Part shown: piece by piece, positions 14,501-27,900 of the stretch
Numbering within the stretch: position 1 is the first letter of the stretch
Layout: the number at the start of each line of letters is the position of its first letter
Origin: Antedon mediterranea
Taxonomy: Eukaryota; Animalia; Echinodermata
Reading direction: 5' to 3'
NCBI RefSeq assembly: GCF_964355755.1
Contig: NC_092676.1
Coordinates: 127,588 to 191,587, forward strand
DNA length: 64,000 nt
Made by a program: the position numbers and the translations under genes
Notes under the pieces: model-generated
The model's input: only the letters and a program-made list of their open reading frames with translations
The model's database searches: none
What the model was told of the DNA's origin: nothing

Positions 14501-17500
14501 GTTTCAGGACACAGTGCATGTCATTATGAACTGCATAGTGTTTCAGGATACAGTGCCTGTCATTATGAACTGCATAGTGTTTCAGGACACAGTGCATGTC
14601 ATTATGAACTGCATAGTGTTTCAGGACACAGTGCCTGTCATTATGAACTACATAGTGTTTCAGGACACAGTGCCTGTCATTATGAACTGCATAGTGTTTC
14701 AGGACACAGTGCCTGTCACTATGAACTGCATAGCGTTTCAGGACACAGTGCCTGTCATATGAACTGCATAGTGTTTCAGGATACAGTGCCTGTCATTATG
14801 AACTGCATAGTGTTTCAGGACACAGTGCCTGTCATTATGAACTGCATAGTGTTTCAGGACACAGTGCCTGTCATTATGAACTGCATAGTGTTTCAGGACA
14901 CAGTGCCTGTCATTATGAACTGCATAGTGTTTCAGGACACAGTGCATGTCATTATGAACTACATAGTGTTTCAGGACACAGTGCCTGTCATTATGAACTG
15001 CATAGTGTTTCAGGATACAGTGCCTGTCGTTATGAACTGCATAGTGTTTCAGGACACAGTGCATGTCATTATGAACTGCATAGTGTTTCAGGACACAGTG
15101 CCTGTCATTATGAACTACATAGTGTTTCAGGACACAGTGCCTGTCATTATGAACTGCATAGTGTTTCAGGACACAGTGCATGTCATTATGAACTGCATAG
15201 TGTTTCAGGACACAGTGCATGTCATTATGAACTACATAGTGTTTCAGGACACAGTGCCTGTCATTATGAACTGCATAGTGTTTCAGGACACAGTGCATGT
15301 CATTATGAACTGCATAGTGTTTCAGGACACAGTGCCTGTCATTATGAACTGCATAGTGTTTCAGGACACAGTGCCTGTCATTATGCACTGCATAGTGTTT
15401 CAGGACACAGTGCCTGTCATTATGCACCGAACTGCATAGTGTTTCAGGACTCAGTGCCTGTCATTATGAACTGCATAGTGTTTCAGGACACAGTGCATGT
15501 CATTATGAACTGCATAGTGTTTCAGGACACAGTGCCTGTCATTATGAACTGCATAGTGTTTCAGGACACAGTGCCTGTCATTATGAACTGCATAGTGTTT
15601 CAGGACACAGTGCCTGTCATTATGAACTGCATAGTGTTTCAGGACACAGTGCATGTCATTACGAACTACATAGTGTTTCAGGACACAGTGCATGTCATTA
15701 TGAACTACATAGTGTTTCAGGACACAGTGCCTGTCACTATGAACTGCATAGTGTTTCAGGACACAGTGCATGTCATTATGAACTGCATAGTGTTTCAGGA
15801 CACAGTGCATGTCATTATGAACTGCATAGTGTTTCAGGACACAGTGCATGTCATTATGAAGTGCATAGTGTTTCAGGACTCAGTGCCTGTCACTGCACTA
15901 TGAACTGCATAGTGTTTCAGGACACAGTGCCTGTCATTATGAACTGCATAGTGTTTCAGGACACAGTGCCTGTCATTATGAACTGCATAGTGTTTCAGGA
16001 CACAGTGCCTGTCATTATGAACTGCATAGCGTTTCAGGACACAGTGCCTGTCATTATGAACTGCATAGTGTTTCAGGACACAGTGCATGTCATTATGAAC
16101 TGCATAGCGTTTCAGGACTCAGTGCCTGTCATTATGAACTGCATAGTGTTTCAGGACACAGTGCCTGTCATTATGAACTGCATAGCGTTTCAGGACACAG
16201 TGCATGTCATTATGAACTGCATAGTGTTTCAGGACACAGTGCCTGTCATTATGAACTGCATAGTGTTTCAGGACACAGTGCCTGTCATTATGAACTGCAT
16301 AGTGTTTCAGGACACAGTGCATGTCATTATGAACTGCATAGTGTTTCAGGACACAGTGCCTGTCATTATGAACTGCATAGTGTTTCAGGACACAGTGCAT
16401 GTCATTATGAACTGCATAGTGTTTCAGGACACAGTGCATGTCATTATGAACTACATAGTGTTTCAGGACACAGTGCATGTCATTATGAACTGCATAGCGT
16501 TTCAGGACTCAGTGCCTGTCATTATGAACTGCATAGTGTTTCAGGACACAGTGCCTGTCATTATGAACTGCATAGTGTTTCAGGACACAGTGCATGTCAG
16601 ACGAGAAAGTTGTTAAAGGACAGTGACTTTCATGTGAACACAAAGTGTGTTCAGGAATGGCATTGTGAACACAAAGTGTGTTCAGAAACGGCCTGTCATG
16701 AACTACAACATGTTTTAGACACAGTGCCTGGTATATGAATTACAAAATATTTTATACAGGACACAGTGCCTAGAAATTGTTTACATGACAGTGCATGTCA
16801 TATTATGAACTATAAAGTGTTTTACAATATTATGTATACGAGTCTAACCACATGGATAAATATTAATAATCGAATTGGTCTGTTTATGTTGTACTTTTAG
16901 GGCCGTTGCTCGTGTATTTTGGTACTATTCCTGATTTGTACCTGTGTTTACTTGGAATAGCTTCTTCTGCTCTTCTTATTTTATGCTGTGCATTTGGATA
17001 TAATACTGAAATTATGTTCGTGGGTAAGAACTTCTTTATTTACACAATTTATATTTATTCTCGATTTAACATCCAATGAAAGTAAAATGTTATGAGTGTC
17101 GGTAAATCCGTTCATTATGTCCATCTACCATTAATATTAGTATACATAATTCGCTGTGGCCATGTTACTTATAATAAAACTATTGAAAACCTGTATTATT
17201 ATTTTCAAAAAGGTGCATCTTTGTCACTGTTCCGGGCTGTAGTCGGTGCTGCGTTATTAGCATATATAAGTAAGATGTACCCTCATCCAAGTAGTAGTAA
17301 GTATATTAAAATATGTTTTGTTGTTGTTCTGTGTTTATGATTTGTTTTCTATGTATACGTCATATGACAATACTGTAACGTACGGTGACGTCATATGACA
17401 ATATTGTAACGTAAGGTGAGAGTCAATAAAATAAATGAATGTTTGACACAAAATGTATACGTCATGTGACATAAGAAGTTTACTATTTGACGGTTTTTTA

Positions 17501-18261
17501 TATTTTATTTTCGCAGAGGTTGCATTAGCAATAGCAGGTTGCTGGATAGCTATTGGTGAAATTATGGCACCTGGAGTATACCAAACAATTTATGGATTTA
17601 CTTTACAAATATCATCCTCCATTGTCTTCTTTATCATGGCTTTTCTTTACATCCCATGTGCCTTGGTTATAAGGTAGGTCTACGTTATACTATTCAAGAG
17701 CCTTGTCATACGTACTTCTGTTTTCTCCCCTTCTTTCTCTTTACCTCTATTTTGTGACATCACACTCCTGTTGTTGCATTCATTATATCCGTCGACACAA
17801 TATATAATTTACAATGCTGAATACCTACGTTAACTTGCCACATTTCGTGCTCTATTTCATCCCGTTTGGACCTTTCATTCCTTTGTTAAAGTAAAGGATT
17901 GGATGAGTCAATAAGTGCGTATTAGAAATCATCTCAGAACAATCCGGTTATTTTCTTTTTAACTTCAGGTATAACCCAATTGTTGTGTCCAATACAACAC
18001 ATAAACAAGTCAGTCATCAATAGAAAAGGCAATACTATTCGTCGACAGTTTCACTGTCCATTAAAATGTATTCATATCAATATATACATTAAGTATTGTC
18101 TATTCGAATTAGGCCTATATTTTAACTCAAATGTATGTTCAATTTTCAGCATATATGCGGGGTTGTTACCATCATGGAATATCGGTAACAGAGATGTAAA
18201 CGAAAAAAACGCCAAAAGAGAAGACCTGACTGAATCTTTATTAAATACTAACCATGATTGA
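11550..18261 (+). CDS. SLC46 family (proton-coupled folate transporter-like) MFS transporter, 5 exons
   Basis: Exons 11550-12522, 16901-17023, 17213-17296, 17517-17673 and 18150-18261 join in phase. Multiple TM helices, S.RFGYK MFS loop, YPLCWNSETVGY motif typical of SLC46, and C-terminal acidic dileucine-like EDLTESLL. Confidence 0.82.
12668..12848. mobile_element. Short palindromic MITE in SLC46 intron 1
   Basis: AAGCTTGGTTCCCACTAG...CTAGTGGTAACCACGCTT termini, with imperfect inverted symmetry continuing inward (AACGCAAGGACGTAA / TTACGTCCTTGTGTT). Confidence 0.8.
12940..16600. repeat. Intronic satellite, 39-bp unit ATGAACTGCATAGTGTTTCAGGACACAGTGCCTGTCATT, ~90 copies
   Basis: Highly homogeneous tandem array with degenerate units at both flanks (12857-12940, 16610-16830). 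It generates all the MNCIVFQDTVPVI, YELHSVSGHSACH and HCVLKHYAVHND ORFs. Confidence 0.97.
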
Positions 18262-18318
18262 AGAGGGCTAATTTTTTTGACATTCTGTGACAATTTTATT
18301 TGATAAATAAGCCGAAAT

Positions 18319-18447
18319 AGCGAGTGAGTGACCGAGTCTGACAGTAAAACCGTAATTACGTAGGCATAGCATCGACAAGGGTTCGAGACTCACTCGCTCC
18401 ATGTTTCTGCTGGTGGTAGAACGAGTCTTCTCTGATAAGAACTATAA
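18319..18447 (+). mobile_element. Probable truncated tRNA-derived SINE just 3' of the SLC46 stop
   Basis: A-box-like TGACCGAGTCTG and B-box-like GGTTCGAGACT, with complementary GAGTGAG / CTCACTC ends resembling a tRNA acceptor stem. GC-richer than the flanks. Confidence 0.5.
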
Positions 18448-18932
18448 TTTAAAAAATATATAAAGAAAGATACGTTATAATTTAAGTTATATTTGAAAAC
18501 AAATGATGATTGAATATTGAAATGAATACAAATTTGTATGTTCGTTTTAAATCAATATTTTCTTTCATTTTCATTCATTAAAGATAGTAATTGATGGTTT
18601 TTATAATGTTTTATAATATATTATATTGTTTTAATATTTGTAATCCATTCTATTAGTGGCGGGGTTCCCGCTGTTGAATGTGACGAAAAATAAATTAATA
18701 AATATTTGATATTTTTACTTTTTGGCACACATTACGTGCCATACAAATAAAAAGGGGAGTGGTTTCATAAAATTAAATCCGCGAAACAACAACGTGTTTG
18801 CTGCCCACAGTCAAAGAATATAATATCACATTCTTTGTCGCCACAGACCACAGTCCACATTGCACTTTCGCGACCACCACCAACACCAAACAAAGTAGAG
18901 CTGATACTGTACTGAAATATCCTGCATAAAAC

Positions 18933-21900
18933 ATGTCTGCAAAATCATTTCTTTTACATTATCATCCACCACAAGAACTTTTATCAAATCCAGGTAAGTC
19001 GCATTTGTTTTCTTTTTAAAGACCCTAGGCCTAGATATTAAAAAGAAACGCAGGCCCTAGTTTAGGCCTAGCCCTAGCTAGGTAGGAGGGTAGATCCGGA
19101 TAGCCGGCGAACTTAGGGTGTCAGATGAAATCGGTCGCGTCTGAAATCGGTCGCGTTTGAAATCGGTCGCGATAAAATCAACTTCCGGTATTTTGTATGG
19201 CGTGCCGCTAGAGCTATACGTTTAATGATATCGGTCGCGTTTGAAATCGGTCGCGCTATTTTGCATGGGACCCACTAGATACATTTTTAATGAAAATACT
19301 AATTCCGTAGCCAGGATCTGTCAAGGGGGGGTTCGGACACTAAATATTTGGGTCACCCCCCCCCCCCTCTCCCAGCCTGATGCGAAGCGAATTTTGTTAA
19401 ATGACACCCCTAGATGGCCGGAAAAGACACTCTCGTGCAGCATGCTATATAACCAATGAGCAAAAAGATCGTACTTTTTTCCTCCTCCTCAAACACGTTG
19501 ATAATTTAAATGACGATAACTATTTGTTGCCGTATGTTAGATGCGCGTGCTCTGTGCGGAACTGCCAATTGTTTGATCATTTACTTCGTATTTTGTTTTG
19601 CATTCAAGTTCAATGCGAACGTATATCTAGGAGCAGCCCCAAAAAAAGCACACTGGGTGAAGGCAAATGCTATTTGCTAGCTCTATCTATAATATTTATT
19701 TACAGCAATTTGTTGAGGAATATAAATATGTAAATAGGTGATATTGATACATTTTAGTACGTATCGGCGTGGTCTAGAAAAAAATAATCGGATGCCATAA
19801 TGTGAACTACAGTACTTGATACCATAGATAATATAGTGTAAAATATTAATATTCACTATAATCCTCTATGATACATTATACTTCATAGTCACACATAAAT
19901 ACTGATGTACGTCGGAAGGCTATATACTTTATGCATGCTGCCTGACTGCCAGTGATCTAAACAATTATAGGTACGCAGTTGTCTGGCGGTGTCCTTTGTA
20001 CGAATCGTTCGTGCGCCAGCTCGCTATGAGACGCGTCAATATCATGTTACATGCAGGGACCAAACATTTATTTTTCAGGTTAAAATCGGCAATTCATTTG
20101 CAACTTTTAGAAATTTACAGACACGTATCACTAGTTGACGCTCATACAGAGAAGAAGGTTCACGAACAAGTTTACGAATTTTTCAATTTACAAACAACTT
20201 TCTGTACTGTGGGGCACGTATTTGGAGGATTTTTGGAGATGAGGGTGAGGTATTGGGCATGTCGGGGATGGGGGTTCGCAGTTGGTTAAGGGGGTTCGCT
20301 ATAAAGGGGGTTTCGCCCAAACCATAAACCCCCCCCCCCCCCCTGGCTACGGGCCTGCTACAGTAAATATAAATATTTATCTCATTATTTATAAATAATT
20401 TGTGTTTTCATTTTATCTTATAGGTGTCAATGAATAATAGTAATGTGTTCGTTTAGAAAATCGTTCTTAAAAGTGTTATTGAATATTGTTTACGTTTTTT
20501 AAAAGATTAGCATGCCACTGTTTTAAAAATGTTGAAAATAATTTACAGTAATATTAAACAAGTAGACGCGCCTATTGCATATTTTTTAATCACAGTTAAT
20601 TACGAAACTAGTTCTATACCTGCAAGTGGATACCAGCTCAATGAGGTTTATGCAATAAAAAGGAAGATGATGTATGACGATGATTTTTACGTTCGATATC
20701 CACCACTCTTACGTGAGCATGGTTTTAGGATAATAATAATAAAATAATATGCTGTTATAAATCAATCTACCGGGCCTATACAGTAGGACTATGCAGTATG
20801 CTGTACAATGATAGGCCTAGATGTGAGAATAATAATGTATGGATAATAAAGGTGGGCACGATTCTCAAAGAGGTAATTTTGCACTGATATTTAAACATTT
20901 TGATTTACGAACGGCGTACAGATGTGAGACACTCAGTGGAACTTAATTATTTACATTAAGTGATTATTATAAATGAAGAAATAAAAGATATTCAAATTAA
21001 AAACTATAGGCCTAGTATCACACGGGCAGGCCTAGATGTTTCAAACGTATGGTTATTAGTAATATAGGCCTATACGTAATCTTTACATGGCCATGGACAA
21101 CAATCGTACGTGTTTTTCCCATGATTTGACACACTAGTGCATGTTTTTTTTTTAAAGGGAATCCCCGTCAGCAAAATAACGTACAGTTAACGTCTGCACG
21201 CTCATAGAAGGCGCATCCACTATATGGCCTATTTCGGGTTTTTTTTCAGTAACTCGCCTTTTAACGATCCGCATATAATAATCATTTTTACTAGAAACTA
21301 TTAGGCCTAAACATTAGAAATAAAAATATACACATGATTTGCCTCAACAATAATCATTATAGGCCTATACTTAATATTATCCTACATAACATACGGACAT
21401 AAATAAATAGAAATTAAAATAAGGTGATCCAATAGTAAGTTTTTAACGTCATGGATATGATATATCTGCCACAGTATGCATAAGTATAAAAATGGATACG
21501 CTGGCTTTACGGGCTATACATTGTAACAATTATTGTTTTAAGATAAATTGTTCTCTTTTACGTAATTGTTTGCATAATAAAAGACACAGACGTATATTCT
21601 CTATATAATATATTAATTACAGTACATAATAAAATAGAGGTAAATTATTATATATTATTATGCCTAATAAAATAATAATATTTAAACGTGTTTAGAAATG
21701 GCCATTTTGAAAAGACACAGTCCTTCTCCGAGACCTGTGAAATAAAAAAAATGATAATAAATATTTATTAACCAAAATAAAAAATATCCACATAAATAAT
21801 CTGGTTCCTAAAAAATATCAATTAAATCCAGACTATATAAACGAAGAAAATGTATATCCCGGTAGCATGCATCTCGTTCCATACAAAATAGCGCAACCGA

Positions 21901-24900
21901 TTTCAAACGTATAGCTCTATCGGCGCGCCATACAAAATACCGGAAGTTGATTTTATCGCGACCGATTTCATTGTAAACCGAACTTAGAAGGCCGCCGGGA
22001 AGGTGGATGGGTGCCCGGGAAGGTGGAAGGCCTCCTACCTTTCTAGGTGCAGTGCTATGCCAGGCATATAGAGAAAATAAATATGGTTAGGCCTAGCATT
22101 CGTAGTCATATTTGTTGATGGATTCAAACATGTACTACTGTACAAATGGAGAGAGGCACTATACCAATAGATAAAAGTTTTGGTCCTCTCTCCTTCATCT
22201 TTTTTTTTGTAATGTATTATACCATATGATATCGACAATTGTCTGAAATAAAAGTTGAATTGAATTGAATTGAAAAAAAAATATGCAGAATTCAATTGAT
22301 GTATTTATACACGTTGATAGTTTAATTACGCAACTTTCTTTGTAATTTGTTTTATAGTAAATCGGAAAACATTGGAGCAAAGTTTATGTGATATTTTTCA
22401 AGAGATTGGTTTTGAGGGTGGCCATCAAGAAAGCACCTTTGGAATAACTGCACATTTTATTAGTGATAAACAAGGGTAATTATTAATTTATAAAGTGTCT
22501 TTTAAATAATTGAATAAATCTAGTATATAAACATCACGGTAGCTTGTAAATCATTAAACTATACATATGTGCAGTTAATTGAGAATAGACAATGTAACAC
22601 TGTACATGAATGCATGAAAAGATATTTTTCAAGAGATTGGTTTTGAGGGTGGCCATCAAGAAAGCACCTTTGGAATAACTGCACATTTTATTAGTGATAA
22701 ACATGGGTAATTATTAATTTATAAAGTGTCTTTTAAATAATTGAATAAATCTAGTATATAAACATCATGGTAGCTTGTAAATCATTAAACTATACATATG
22801 TGCAGTTAATTGAGAATAGACAATGTAACACTGTACATGAATGCATGAAAAATGAAGATATAGTTAATAAATAATGTTGAATCACATGTTCTCAAAATTC
22901 TGCACTGCATGTAGAAAACCTTAATGTGTGTAGTTGACCATGTTGAGTAAAGGTTGTGAACCATAATACTGTACAGACTGAGAATTTTCACCAGTGTGAT
23001 CATGTAGAAATGTCACAGACTTTACTTATTTATAACTTTTTTGTTTAAATTGTTTACATTCTGAACTAACTAACAATATAGAATTGTATATTATTAATCA
23101 CAGACACATATCAACTCACCAGTCATTAATGCTCATGTTGAAATGTCACAGACGTACACAGTCACTTTTTAGTGATTCTTAACATTTTAGATTTTTAACT
23201 TACTACAATATAGAATCGTATTAAATGTTTTTTAGAATTTCTCTTCCATTCATTATTCAGATCAGCAACTGTTACATGTTTCCAGAATGGTATTGTGGTT
23301 GTCAATTTATGTCTTTGGATTGAAGCATATGGCGATGAACATCCAGTCAATAGAAAACATTTAGATGAAAAATTGAAGAAGTTGTTTACTTGCAAAAACT
23401 CCAAAATGTAAGTTTATTTTACATTGCTGTTTAAACCAGAGTAATATTGTTTTATGAGGATTTTCATACTTAATCCATAATTATTATTTTTCCTACTTAC
23501 TGTAGCTTTCCAGCAATCTCTCATCAAGCAGATATGGATCGATATTTAGCAACTGCTGATAACTTATTTGTAGAGTATGATTTTGATAGTGTTACTTTTG
23601 AAGCAGATTCTGAGTATCAGAATATCCGGATAATGCACTCACCCCAATTTGGCAATGTACTTGTCCTTGATAGTGATGTCAGTAAGTAGCATAGAATATC
23701 CGGATAATGCACTAACCTCAATTTGGCAATGTACTTGTCCTTGATAGTGATGTCAGTAAGTAGCATAGAATATCCGGATAATGCACTCACCTCAATTTGG
23801 CAATGTACTTGTCCTTGATAGTGATGTCAGTAAGTAACATAGAATATCCGAATAATGCACTTACCTCAATGTGGCAATGTACTTGTCCTTGATAGTGATG
23901 TCAGTAAGTAACATAGAATATCCGGATAATGCACTCGCCTCAATGTGGCAATGTACTTGTCCTTAGGCCTTTTCACACAGAACTTCGGCAATATTGCGGT
24001 AAGCAAGCCGGCGTTATTGCCGGTCTAAACCCATTTACACAGAAGGTAATATTACGGTAATTTTACCGTTTTCTGTGTGAAAGGCCACAGTGAAAAGGCG
24101 CAATATTTAAAGATTACTGTCTTCATAAAATAGAGGTCGCACTTTTTGAGAAAAAAAATGGCGGGCACCTCGCGTGCCGCCGGCGACAAAAACATGCCAT
24201 GCGCGCGCATGTTTGCTGATGTTGTTTTGTGTGTCCGTCGTTTAGTTTTATTGGTTTTTATTTACGATGCATAAAACCTATATTTTTGCCCAACACCACT
24301 CCGTGCTAATAACTGCCCGATCGTGATGAAAAAAAAAACAAAATCTATTAGGTCTACAAATAGACGCGAATTTAATTATCAGAAGCTGTTATGACCTAGC
24401 ACCGGGAGCGCGCACCGGAGAGGATGTTCCTGCTAGAACTATGCTAACTAGGGCCTAGGCTTACGTACGTTACAGCAAGTTAAATAATCTTTGGACCAAC
24501 ATCTGTTATATTTTTATTATTATTGGCCGTATTCTTCCATTGTATTATTTACAAACTAACCTAAAAATATATATTATGGATATAATCTAATAATTTGGCC
24601 TAAAGTAATTGCCACAGTCTTTCTCAATCAAGGAAAATGTCTCGAATTTATCCTTGCTTCACTGCGTAAGCAGGCGTTATATCGTGGACTCTTTCACACA
24701 GATCAGGCTTATGACCGTGACGGTAATATTACCGCAATTTTACTAGGTCCAGAGGCGGTCTAACGGAAGCCGGCATTAAGGGGTTTTTACCCTTTCACAC
24801 ATAAGCCGGCGTTCGCGAATTACCGCAATATTACCGTCTTACAGCTCTGTGTGAAAGGGGCTCTTTATAGTGATGTCAGTAAGTAACATAGAATATCCGG

Positions 24901-27900
24901 ATAATGCACTCACCTCAATGTGGCAATGTACTTGTCCTTGATAGTGATGTCAGTAAGTAGCATAGAATATCCGGATAATGCACTCACCTCAATGTGGCAA
25001 TGTACTTGTCCTTGATAGTGATGTCAGTAAGTAGCATAGAATATCCGGATAATGCACTCACCTCAATGTGGCAATGTACTTGTCCTTGATAGTGATGTCA
25101 GTAAGTAACATAGAATATCTGGATAATGCACTCACCTCAATGTGGCAATGTACTTGTCCTTGATAGCGATGTCAGTAAGTAGCATAGAATATCCTGATAA
25201 TGCACTCACCTCAATGTGGCAATGTACTTGTCCTTGATAGTGATGTCAGTAAGTAACATAGAATATCCGGATAATGCACTCACCTCAATGTGGCAATGTT
25301 TGTACTTGTCCTTGATAGTGATGTCAGTAAATAACGTAACAATTCAAGAAATGTTACCATACATAATTATTATAATTACTGAAAAAACAATGCTGTGGAT
25401 ATCAAAATAAGCAAAAAGCTAAATCAAAACAGAGCAGAGCTTTGGGGCAACACTAGCCCTTCATCAGTGCAATACTTAATTATTCCTATATTAGTGTGCT
25501 GGTCATCATGATTAAGTTGTGCATCATGATTTTTTTTGTTTGTTTTGTATATGTTCAATAATATAATTCATTTTATATAGTTTTGTATATTATTTGTATT
25601 TAAAATATTTAGATCTTGCTGAAAGTGATCTTGTATATACAAAAGCAATAACTGGAAATGGAAGAGAAGATTTCAGAAACAAAGAAGTGTTGATACTTGG
25701 TGGTGGAGATGGAGGAATTCTACATGAACTCTTACAAGCAGATCCAAAGTTTGTCACCATGGTGGAAATATCCTTTAATTTAAATCTATTGGTATGAGTG
25801 AGACAATTTCAGAAATTATGGAATACAACTTACAAGATTAACAATTATCAGTCAAGTACACTTTGTGTAATTGCATCCTAGATTTCCTTGAATAATGGGT
25901 ATGTTGAATATTTGTACTTAACAAATGTGAATACATAGATCAGATTGTAATAGACCAAGCTATCAAACATCTCCGTGGCATTTGTCATGACTCCATGGAT
26001 AATCTCAAAGGTCCTAGACATGAAGTAAGATTTCTTTTGTTTAATAATGTGATCATATTTGTTAAAGCTCAAGTACATTATAGATTTATGTAGTTTTAAG
26101 AAAATGAGTAGAAGGGTTATTTTTTAAATATGGTTTATTTAGGTGATGGTTGCTGATTGCGTTCCTATTATGAGGAACTTTATAGAGGAAGGAAAACAAT
26201 TTGACTATGTGATAAATGATTTAACAGCCATTCCAATAACAACAGATGCAAGAGGTACAGTATCCTCAATTATTATAATTCAGGTATTTTACCTATAAAT
26301 AATCATTGATACTTAATCTTTACAACAAAAAAAAAGGAAATTGCTTTTTAATAAAACAATGTAATTTTAACAGGTGATGCATGGGATTTTATGAGACTTA
26401 TTTTAGATCTTTCAATGAAAGTCTTAAAACAAGATGGAAAGTACTTCACTCAGGTGAGTGACATTAAATTGTATGTAATCTATAATATGTGTATTACAGT
26501 AACAGGAGATCAAGATATTTGGTTTTGGGAGCATTGTTGACTAATTTTTTTTTTATTTCAGGGTAATGGAGCAAACAGTACTAAAGCACTTGAAATGTAT
26601 GAGAAACAATTGAACAATCTTGAATGCAGTGTCAATTTTAAAAAAGAGAAAATATGTGTGCCATCATACCATGAATAGTATCCTTTGAGTAATATAAATA
26701 AATTGACTCAACTTCAGTAGGCCTACAAGTCATAATAAATAAATTGACTCAACTTCAGTTGCCCAGTAGGCCTACAAGTCATAATAAATAAACTGACTCA
26801 ACTTCAGTAGGCCTACAAGTCATAATAAATAAACTGACTCAACTTCAGTAGGCCTACAAGTCATAATAAATAAATTGACTCAACTTCAGTTGCCCAGTAG
26901 GCCTACAAGTCATAATAAATAAATTGACTCAACTTCAGTTGCCCAGTAGGCCTACAAGTCATAATAAATAAATTGACTCAACTTCAGTTGCCCAGTAGGC
27001 CTACAAGTCATAATAAATAAATTGACTCAACTTCAGTTGCCCAGTAGGCCTACAAGTCATAATAAATAAATTGACTCAACTTCAGTTGCCCAGTAGGCCT
27101 ACAAGTCATAATAAATAAACTGACTCAACTTTAGTTGCCCAGTAGGCCTACAAGTCATAATAAATGATATAAATAAACTGACTCAACTTCAGTAGGCCTA
27201 CAAGTCATAATAAATAAATTGACTCAACTTCAGTTGCCCAGTAGGCCTACAAGTCATAATAAATAAATTGACTCAACTTCAGTTGCCCAGTAGGCCTACA
27301 AGTCATAATAAATAAACTGACTCAACTTCAGTAGGCCTACAAGTCATAATAAATAAATTGACTCAACTTCAGTTGCCCAGTAGGCCTACAAGTCATAATA
27401 AATAAACTGACTCAACTTCAGTAGGCCTACAAGTCATAATAAATAAACTGACTCAACTTCAGTAGGCCTACAAGTCATAATAAATAAATTGACTCAACTT
27501 CAGTTGCCCAGTAGGCCTACAAGTCATAATAAATAAATTGACTCAACTTCAGTTGCCCAGTAGGCCTACAAGTCATAATAAATAAATTGACTCAACTTCA
27601 GTTGCCCAGTAGGCCTACAAGTCATAATAAATAAATTGACTCAACTTCAGTTGCCCAGTAGGCCTACAAGTCATAATAAATAAACTGACTCAACTTTAGT
27701 TGCCCAGTAGGCCTACAAGTCATAATAAATGATATAAATAAACTGACTCAACTTCAGTAGGCCTACAAGTCATAATAAATAAATTGACTCAACTTCAGTT
27801 GCCCAGTAGGCCTACAAGTCATAATAAATAAATTGACTCAACTTCAGTTGCCCAGTAGGCCTACAAGTCATAATAAATAAATTGACTCAACTTCAGTTGC

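Noticed and set aside
12981-16616. Long repetitive ORFs of up to 509 aa
   Set aside because: By-products of a stop-free 39-bp unit inside an intron whose flanking exons join in phase.
19241-20289. Short ORFs similar to those at 61443-62770, suggesting a duplicated gene
   Set aside because: They lie inside a TIR-bounded repeat, frames differ between the copies, and there is no recognisable domain.
26260-26268. GTATCCTC as a third U12 donor in SMS
   Set aside because: It would be out of phase with exon 26374; the GTACAG donor at 26255 gives the conserved reading.
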